NCBI GenBank assembly: GCA_964485195.1
Contig: CAZAIK010000002.1
Coordinates: forward strand, 76,972-140,971
Source: an uncultured Methanosarcinales archaeon
GTDB taxonomy: Archaea; Nanobdellota; Nanobdellia; Woesearchaeales; CAIVOO01
Direction of reading: 5' to 3'
DNA length: 64,000 nucleotides
The notes below the pieces were generated by a model that did not search any database, had not been told where the DNA came from, and was given only the letters and a program-made list of their open reading frames with translations. Positions 58,501 to 64,000 of this stretch are shown here, one piece after another (the first letter of the stretch is position 1; every line of letters begins with the position of its first letter). The translations under genes and the position numbers were made by a program.

Positions 58501-59194
58501 TTCCTGCAACAGTAACCGTACTTTCAGGCACGGGACCTTCTGTTGAGAAACCTTCCTCTGTGAATTCAACAGCTGTGGGCTTGACCGCCTCTGGTGATTG
58601 GGGAATGATGAAATTATATGAGTCTCCCTGCTCATTTGTTAAGGTGTAAGAGTTTAGTGTTTTTTTAACCTCTCCCCCTCCCACCTTCACCCCGTTAATC
58701 CTGAAGCCTCCTCCCGGTATGGTTTCAATAATGTCCCCGGTGCCGTACTGAGCAAGCCTGATGGTTGTTTCACCATTAGACAGCCTGTTGGTTTCGGGGG
58801 AGTAAGACAACAGGGCGGAGCCTTCGCTTATGGTGAAGGAAGCTCCCTGCCTCCCCTTTGTTTTGGTCTTGAAGTAGAATTCTGCTGCATCCCTGTTCTG
58901 CAGCACATTTTGTGCATTTGAAAAGTAATCATCTGCCTGGTCAGGATGGTTTATTATTCTGGTGAATGCCTCTGCCCCGCTGAAATACTCATCCTTTTTT
59001 GCTTCGGGAATCCTGGCCCAGTAAGTGTCAATCTGCGCATCTGTCAGCTCGTTCACATTAACCTGCTCCCAGTTAAAATCCTCGCTTTCCAAGTCCTCGT
59101 CAGAATAAGGCTGCGCAAATGCGATGGGTAACATCATCAGCAATATTGCAACTGCTAAAATCTTACAAAATCCTGAATATGACAATTTCCTCAT
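55544..59194 (-). CDS. giant secreted/surface protein (adhesin-like)
   Basis: 1216 aa; Sec signal peptide AVAILLMMLPIAFA-QPY; no TM beyond signal; 13-nt overlap with downstream gene. Confidence 0.6.
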   Translation of the reverse strand: MRKLSYSGFCKILAVAILLMMLPIAFAQPYSDEDLESEDFNWEQVNVNELTDAQIDTYWARIPEAKKDEYFSGAEAFTRIINHPDQADDYFSNAQNVLQNRDAAEFYFKTKTKGRQGASFTISEGSALLSYSPETNRLSNGETTIRLAQYGTGDIIETIPGGGFRINGVKVGGGEVKKTLNSYTLTNEQGDSYNFIIPQSPEAVKPTAVEFTEEGFSTEGPVPESTVTVAGMTITFESRSGRFAVLNDGTVAADNARATFSQRLYDGRFVAKGDETSLLPMLNGEQSRFYDFGSASDISVRTNGGDVQIHSNQLPSDAQSTQNPGQPLTLDEAEQRAQAAEPVQPMRGEVWYKGSTVIAKGFAEVSGRDGIETFNFLGNGQEADFYRGRDSNNPENTVTSAVGRFELGISGRITADSTIYEGDNPEQILFLAYSTENADAVTVDAPNDGLDAMKISRNTDAYERIGAGLEGVSIERGEQPFEMIISKSNNDINIRMAEETMSFLGEVKENPANFIVLSGGKDFLLSDTKPEEDESKTYLALTKEGGLVESSGNYLNILGPENVQEALGDETILTPEEGEAVRSFFEQAATTNPQELAQVDLSDIDQETLDRVVSDDPGAKMLVNCIQDNPSCTNREEFFDAYTRLNEHAGEGSVDEFQAYFDLSIASGVTPEEELTAALVNEYINQGDFEKANEIKRKSDNRNIHLYVDARMNINDLIKKTENAQERLNTEYKDKWEVEDGELIYHTEDEQEIAEINSLFQEAGSSSDKEMMAKNIVRLSKVDEGSAVYDEAQQMVRGMERNLLTEMYNNARLQSAESVTTFQETYSLTSGFATAATNLINFGSREKVQEFVANELNAQSLGFQILLKSSEQGISVNDISQMSSTEKIEWVKQVYPNAKPENLGYLVYGLDSALENPDVQALADLEKGYDVNAVKTTIDQGWFSSPTRVVFPGIQAGTGYSEDAEMLEQTYGETLGGVALMVATAPVTAKIGAAGLAASGGRVAPFLTANFPRLAALGSRAYAAHPTLTTVGLETAGALVVEAGLPALGVNSAFAAIASNFVAINPASRLASQLRKGKTVQRLVKGQMKTFSVDDMTRAGTVILRDEAGETVELGLKQLVTDVGTGSARFTDNALQRSARKAASAEKSSVDDLLARQRDDFFDSMDSARVDGTELARINEKYKTNLVVDAQGSVVGTADDFDTVGASLGRQVECPT

Positions 59195-60155
59195 CTCTTC
59201 CTCCTTTTCCGTCCTCTGCTATCAGCTTTACCTTGTAATTGCCTGCTGAGGGAGCAGTGGTTGAAATCTCCCCTGTCAATGGGTTGGGGCTGAAGAGCGT
59301 GGAGTTGCTGGAATATTTTATTTCATCCCCGTCCTCGTCTTCAGCAGTGATTTTAAGATAAATGGTTTCCCCTGCTTCAAATACAGGATTGTAAATTCTC
59401 TTGATTTCGGGATTGTGGTTTGAGTTGATTTCATAGGCGAACATGAAAACAAAGGTCCTGTTGAACAAGACACTTTCCTCGTCGAGAATTCCCATAACCA
59501 TAGTATTGTCAGAGGATGGCATAAGGTTAATCCTTGCATTATCATAAAGCATCCTGTTAAGCGTGAAGCCGTTCTGATTCTGCCTTATCACCTGCTGTGC
59601 TATGTTGTATGTGTTGCCCAGCCTTACCGGAACCCTTGAGATGAAATTCTGCATGTTGTATGTTGCCCCATCCTTGATTATGGTGAGGGGGTAGTCAACC
59701 ATAAAAACAACTTCTTCATTGAAGATTCTTGTCTCAACAGATATGTTGCCCTCCTTAATTTCCATTCCCTCCCTTTCAAAATCCTCAAAGCTGTTTGTGC
59801 ATATTGGAAGAAATTCTCTCAGGTATTTTGACAGCTGCTGCTGCATCTCCTGTATTGCGGGCAGTGTTGTCCTCTCGTTTTTGAAGCCGAAGGCTATTGT
59901 GTGCAGTTCTGTATTGAAGCTGTCCTGCGGCGGCTCTATGTAGCCGCCCTGCTCCCCAAGGTAGAAAATGCCGGGCACTGCAGACCTTTGTATGCATTCC
60001 TCCACAAACAGCTGGACAGGCCGGACATCATCTTCAACTGCCTCTCGCGGAAGCTCCTCAATTTCTGCCTGCCTGAAATAAAGCACCATTGCAATAGCTC
60101 CAAGAATTATTATGCCTATGATGATGAATGCTGTTATCTGCCCCTTTTTATGCAT
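59163..60155 (-). CDS. type IV pilin-like protein (class III signal peptide)
   Basis: 330 aa; MHKKGQITAFIIIGIIILGAIAMVL fits the archaeal prepilin signal (K-G|Q + hydrophobic stretch); C-terminal Ig/cadherin-like beta-rich region; overlaps start of giant protein gene. Confidence 0.55.
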   Translation of the reverse strand: MHKKGQITAFIIIGIIILGAIAMVLYFRQAEIEELPREAVEDDVRPVQLFVEECIQRSAVPGIFYLGEQGGYIEPPQDSFNTELHTIAFGFKNERTTLPAIQEMQQQLSKYLREFLPICTNSFEDFEREGMEIKEGNISVETRIFNEEVVFMVDYPLTIIKDGATYNMQNFISRVPVRLGNTYNIAQQVIRQNQNGFTLNRMLYDNARINLMPSSDNTMVMGILDEESVLFNRTFVFMFAYEINSNHNPEIKRIYNPVFEAGETIYLKITAEDEDGDEIKYSSNSTLFSPNPLTGEISTTAPSAGNYKVKLIAEDGKGGRDEEIVIFRIL

Positions 60156-60287
60156 TCTCGCTGTAATGGCTTATTTGTTTTTAAATCTTTTTTTAATTAA
60201 ATTTGAATATTGTAAATAAATATATTATGTCACTAAATGGTGGTTAAAAATGACAAGGTTTATAAATGGCCAAACAATATAATCTGT

Positions 60288-61241
60288 ATGAACAGGAGAA
60301 ATATGCTGAAGGCCGCGGCACTGCTCGCAGGCGGGCTGGCAGCAGCAGGAGCAGAGCACAAGACGCATTTTCTCAAGAACACATACTATCATAGCATCCT
60401 CAACCAGAGCACGCCGGAAGAGTTTGAGCACTTCATCAGTCTCGCGGCTGACTGGGCAGAGGCCCATAACAACTATTTCAGCAGAAACCCGACAGTTTCC
60501 AAACAGGAAGTTATTGCAAAAAAAAGAAAAATGCACAGGTGGCTTAAGCCAAGGATTCCTGAAGTAAACTTTCATAACACTGAATATTCCATACAAGGGT
60601 TTGAAAAGCACGGGTACGTTTTTTATCCTCATAAGAGAAACAGGCAGATAACACTTGGAGAACTTGCAGACCTTGAATTTGAAAACAAAAAATTAGATAA
60701 AAGGATGAATGAGGAATATGAGGGAAAGGAATATGACATCCTGCTTTTCCGCCCACTGTCAGAGTCAAGAGCAAGGGATACAATGTTTTCTCCTGATCCC
60801 GACATGGGAGTAAAAAGGGTATATGTTAACCTTGACCTTCTTGAGAAAGAGGCAGGAAACCTGTATGATATATGCAAAAAGCACAGGGATTCGGCCAACT
60901 GCGAATTGTTCAGGCAGAACAAGAACAGGCAGGCCTTTGTCTGGGATTACGGCAATGAGCTGATAAGAGTAATAGGCGGATTTCACGAGCCTGCGCATTT
61001 GTTTGATGGTTATAATGAGACAGGCGCAGATTTAGTGACATTGGAAAAGGCACCTTTGAAAGAGTCTCCTCTCGGCAATTACATCGCCCAGAATATTTTT
61101 ATCTATAATGCAGGAGTGAGGGAGCTTTTTGAGAGGCACGGCCATCCTGTGAGGGACCTGTCAAAAATTGCCCTTGATGAGATTTCAAAAACTGCAGGGT
61201 ATATTCATAAGAAAACACCTGAAAATGAATTAAGGGATTAG
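60288..61241 (+). CDS. Tat-secreted hypothetical protein
   Basis: Start MNRRNMLKAAALLAGGLAAAGA = twin-arginine signal; ~318 aa; no domain recognised. Confidence 0.5.
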   Translation: MNRRNMLKAAALLAGGLAAAGAEHKTHFLKNTYYHSILNQSTPEEFEHFISLAADWAEAHNNYFSRNPTVSKQEVIAKKRKMHRWLKPRIPEVNFHNTEYSIQGFEKHGYVFYPHKRNRQITLGELADLEFENKKLDKRMNEEYEGKEYDILLFRPLSESRARDTMFSPDPDMGVKRVYVNLDLLEKEAGNLYDICKKHRDSANCELFRQNKNRQAFVWDYGNELIRVIGGFHEPAHLFDGYNETGADLVTLEKAPLKESPLGNYIAQNIFIYNAGVRELFERHGHPVRDLSKIALDEISKTAGYIHKKTPENELRD

Positions 61242-63472
61242 TCGCAGCTGTAGGTTGTTTCTTTCTCGTAAGTGCCTTCGGTGATGGTCACTGTGCATAA
61301 CCACTGCCGGCCCCAGAAATCAAAAATCCCTTCTTCAACAAAATGAATCTCGCCGGTTCCTTCAGAAGGATTGAAATTCTCAAGCCCGTTATTTGCAATT
61401 TGCAGATTGGTGTCATAATCATAAAACATTTCCCCTATTCTTGAAAGAACCTCGGGATCGTAGATGCCTGCCTGTTCCTGCACCTCCAGCAATTCTTCAG
61501 TGGGCATTGTATATGCGTACGACCTTGAGAAGGAATCGCCGTATTCGTAGGAGGAATCATCCCATCTCCAGGTTTCTGTCTGTCTGAATTCTCCGTCAAC
61601 TTCTTCAAAATTGCCGTCCCAGTACAGGTCATCGTCAGTCCCCCTTCTCCTGCCATAATTTAAATAATCATATACTTCGCCAGAAAAAACGCCCTGCGCA
61701 GTTGTTATCTCATATTCACCATCATAATACACGCCCCGCTCATCCACACCTCTGAACTCCCCAACAACATTGCCCTGGGAATCAAAGACTCTGTGCACCG
61801 GCTCCCCGTTCTGGTAAACATAATAATCCTCAACATAATAAGACTCTTCTGTTTCCGGATTGTATATTATTCCCTTGAGATTAATATCCTCCCCATCCCT
61901 CTGCCCGTTAAAGTTTGCATCAAAATACCCTTCAAGTTGCCCACCTGTTGTTGCAGAGGAATACAGCTGCGCTGCTTTATACTCCCTGTAGTTCTCTGTT
62001 TCATACACAAGGCTTACGATGCTGTCCACTATTCCGCAGCTGGGGTCCTCGCTTGCCATTCCGGTTATGAATGCAAAGGCCTGCCCTCCGGTTTCCTGCG
62101 AAGGCGTGCAAGCGCCTGCTTCAGAGGATACATATGCATTCTCCCCCGGCCCGACATACTCCAGATTTGTATTAAACAGGTTGGTGTTGTTTGCGTTCAC
62201 GTTCGCGAAGTCCATAAAATAAGAATCCCCTTCCGATGTAGTTATCCGGGTTCCATTGCTGGAAAAGAAGCTTAATGAAGCTGCAACAGCATTGCCCCCG
62301 TCAAGGGGCCTTCCGTAAATCTTCCCATCCCTGGCTTCAACATAGTATGCGTCGTTTTTCAACCCGGCATTTCCATTGACTCTTACGGCAGGGAAAGTTC
62401 CTTCCCTTTCCTGCATGTTAACAGAGCCGTCCATTGCAGACAGCCTTAGCTCGTCTCCCTGTTCAAATCCGTAAAGCCCCGGCTCCGCTATGTAAGCGTC
62501 CAGGCGCGGAGCCTGCTCCCTCGTGTTTTTAACGTTTATGCCTCTTCTTCCTTCCGAAAATTTGTGAAAATGGACCGAATATGAGGAATCCTGTGAAGTG
62601 TCAAAGTTTGTTCCCTGTGAAACGTGCAAGTCTACTTTGGTGCTCGTCGGGGGTATAACCACCCCATTTATGAAAGCGCCTTCATTCTCAGGTATGTAGC
62701 ATTCTCCTGTATAGTCGCATTCCATTGCGCCGGCGGTCAAATCAAGACTTCCCTGGGCTGTGTCCAGGTTGATATGTCCGCTGGCTTGATCAGCTGTGAA
62801 CCTGTAAGGGGTGGTGTCTGTTGCTATTGAAGGGTCAACCAATGATACCTGGCAGGGATTCTCAGGTATGCAGCCAGAGATTTCCATCTCGTTGTAGTTT
62901 TCTCTTGGTGTTATGGTAAATGTTTCCCCTTCCGGAACCACCAAAGCATTCGGAAGCACGCAATCATCCCCTGCTGTTCCTGTGATTGTTCCGTCAACTG
63001 TAACTGTTACGCTGTTGGCATTGTAAAAGGTTTTTCCGTCAATGGCACCTCCCCTGCTTCCCAGGTCCATGCTTCCCGTATCGGGGTTGTATGTTACATT
63101 ACCATCAAGCACCCTGTTGTTTCTTGTGGTGATGGTCCCCTGTTCCGGGGCGATTGATATTGAGCCGTCTCCATTTACAGTGCCCTGTCCTGTTATCCTG
63201 TCCCCGCTGGCCAAAGTAATCTCCCCGACTGTCTGGAAGTTCCCTCCCTCTGAAAATTCGCTTATGTCTGTCAGGCTTGCTCCCTGTCTGATAGTGGGAG
63301 GGGTTGTGGAGGGGTTGATGTCTGAAGCGGTGAATCCGTCTGCGTCCACGCAGTAAGTGCTGTCCCCTACCTCTGCTTCATTGCTATATGGCTCTTCGCA
63401 CTGCGCACTGGCAAGAGCTGTGCCTGCCAGAATTATCAAAAACAAAAAGATTGTGATTTTTTCTTTCCTCAT
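61238..63472 (-). CDS. large secreted Thr/Gly/Asp-rich protein
   Basis: 744 aa; Sec signal IFLFLIILAGTALASA-QCEE; beta-rich repetitive composition. Confidence 0.55.
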   Translation of the reverse strand: MRKEKITIFLFLIILAGTALASAQCEEPYSNEAEVGDSTYCVDADGFTASDINPSTTPPTIRQGASLTDISEFSEGGNFQTVGEITLASGDRITGQGTVNGDGSISIAPEQGTITTRNNRVLDGNVTYNPDTGSMDLGSRGGAIDGKTFYNANSVTVTVDGTITGTAGDDCVLPNALVVPEGETFTITPRENYNEMEISGCIPENPCQVSLVDPSIATDTTPYRFTADQASGHINLDTAQGSLDLTAGAMECDYTGECYIPENEGAFINGVVIPPTSTKVDLHVSQGTNFDTSQDSSYSVHFHKFSEGRRGINVKNTREQAPRLDAYIAEPGLYGFEQGDELRLSAMDGSVNMQEREGTFPAVRVNGNAGLKNDAYYVEARDGKIYGRPLDGGNAVAASLSFFSSNGTRITTSEGDSYFMDFANVNANNTNLFNTNLEYVGPGENAYVSSEAGACTPSQETGGQAFAFITGMASEDPSCGIVDSIVSLVYETENYREYKAAQLYSSATTGGQLEGYFDANFNGQRDGEDINLKGIIYNPETEESYYVEDYYVYQNGEPVHRVFDSQGNVVGEFRGVDERGVYYDGEYEITTAQGVFSGEVYDYLNYGRRRGTDDDLYWDGNFEEVDGEFRQTETWRWDDSSYEYGDSFSRSYAYTMPTEELLEVQEQAGIYDPEVLSRIGEMFYDYDTNLQIANNGLENFNPSEGTGEIHFVEEGIFDFWGRQWLCTVTITEGTYEKETTYSCD

Positions 63473-63479
63473 TTTTTAT

Positions 63480-64000
63480 TCAAACCTGCAAGTCTGCCAA
63501 TTTTATTGCGTAAGCGAAGTTCAGGGGAATTCGTGTAGCCCTGTCCTTCACAACCATAATATTAAACTCATCCAGGTTTACAGTGTCAAAAGTCAGCTCA
63601 TTCTCCAATCCAGCGTCAACATAACAGGAAAAGCATATCAATTCAGGAACTGTTTCGCTTTGGGCCACAAGATTCCTGACTTCCCTTAGCACAAGGCCCA
63701 GCCTTAGGTTATGATTCACAGTGAAACCTTCAAGTCTGGTTTCCTGGTTAACGCTTAAAGGATAATTGTACTGTAGGGTAATGCCTTCATTGCCTATGAT
63801 CATGTTTGGTATGGAAACATTTCCCTCTTCTTCAATGTCATATCCCTGCAATGATTCAAAGTCGTTGATGCAGTTGTTCAGGTTGTCATTCACATAACTT
63901 TCAAGCTCCTGCCTTATCTTTTCTTCTGAAGGCATTTGAACCGTAAACCCGTCAAAGTAGATGGGGACAGAATTTCCGAGCGGCATTGGGACGGTGTCCT
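63480..64000 (-). CDS. hypothetical protein, possibly continuing beyond the window end
   Basis: ORF open to the window edge (listed start at 63986); upstream partner of the 744-aa secreted protein. Confidence 0.35.
   Translation of the reverse strand, partial: DTVPMPLGNSVPIYFDGFTVQMPSEEKIRQELESYVNDNLNNCINDFESLQGYDIEEEGNVSIPNMIIGNEGITLQYNYPLSVNQETRLEGFTVNHNLRLGLVLREVRNLVAQSETVPELICFSCYVDAGLENELTFDTVNLDEFNIMVVKDRATRIPLNFAYAIKLADLQV

Noticed and set aside
1-64000. CRISPR array or cas genes
   Set aside because: No short regularly spaced direct repeats and no Cas-like proteins detected on either strand

Overview
The window is a low-GC (~40-45%) archaeal chromosomal segment. The archaeal assignment rests on a thermosome, Spt5, SecE/Sec61-gamma, aEF-1alpha, aEF-2, L7Ae/S28e/L24e, archaeal-type TyrRS, GluRS, CMP kinase and DtdA, three intron-containing tRNAs, and TATA-box (tttataaat) promoters. 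The gene complement points to a small-genome, possibly DPANN-like, lineage: many Nudix hydrolases, a lytic transglycosylase, a bacterial-type cold-shock protein and adenylate kinase, a class III signal-peptide (pilin-like) protein beside a prepilin peptidase, and giant secreted proteins.

Conserved core clusters are present: ftsZ-secE-spt5 ... L11, and L7Ae-S28e-L24e-ndk-adk-EF2.

Accessory and unusual content includes:
- a 606-aa protein fusing tandem dCTP-deaminase/dUTPase-like domains to a C-terminal Nudix domain;
- a family of three paralogous ~150-190 bp GC-rich non-coding elements at 3.05, 31.13 and 39.8 kb. The 39.8 kb copy has imperfect terminal inverted repeats and a 10-bp direct duplication (ccacaggcag), i.e. 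it is MITE-like;
- a PHP phosphoesterase gene interrupted by one in-frame TAG;
- a P-type ATPase C-terminal remnant and a start-less GNAT fragment next to tRNA-Met;
- a PIN gene and a separate convergent RHH gene;
- a three-gene operon of uncharacterised proteins;
- an ADP-ribosylglycohydrolase with an overlapping upstream partner;
- a pilin-like / 1216-aa adhesin-like / secreted protein operon.

No CRISPR array, rRNA or obvious integrase/transposase was seen.
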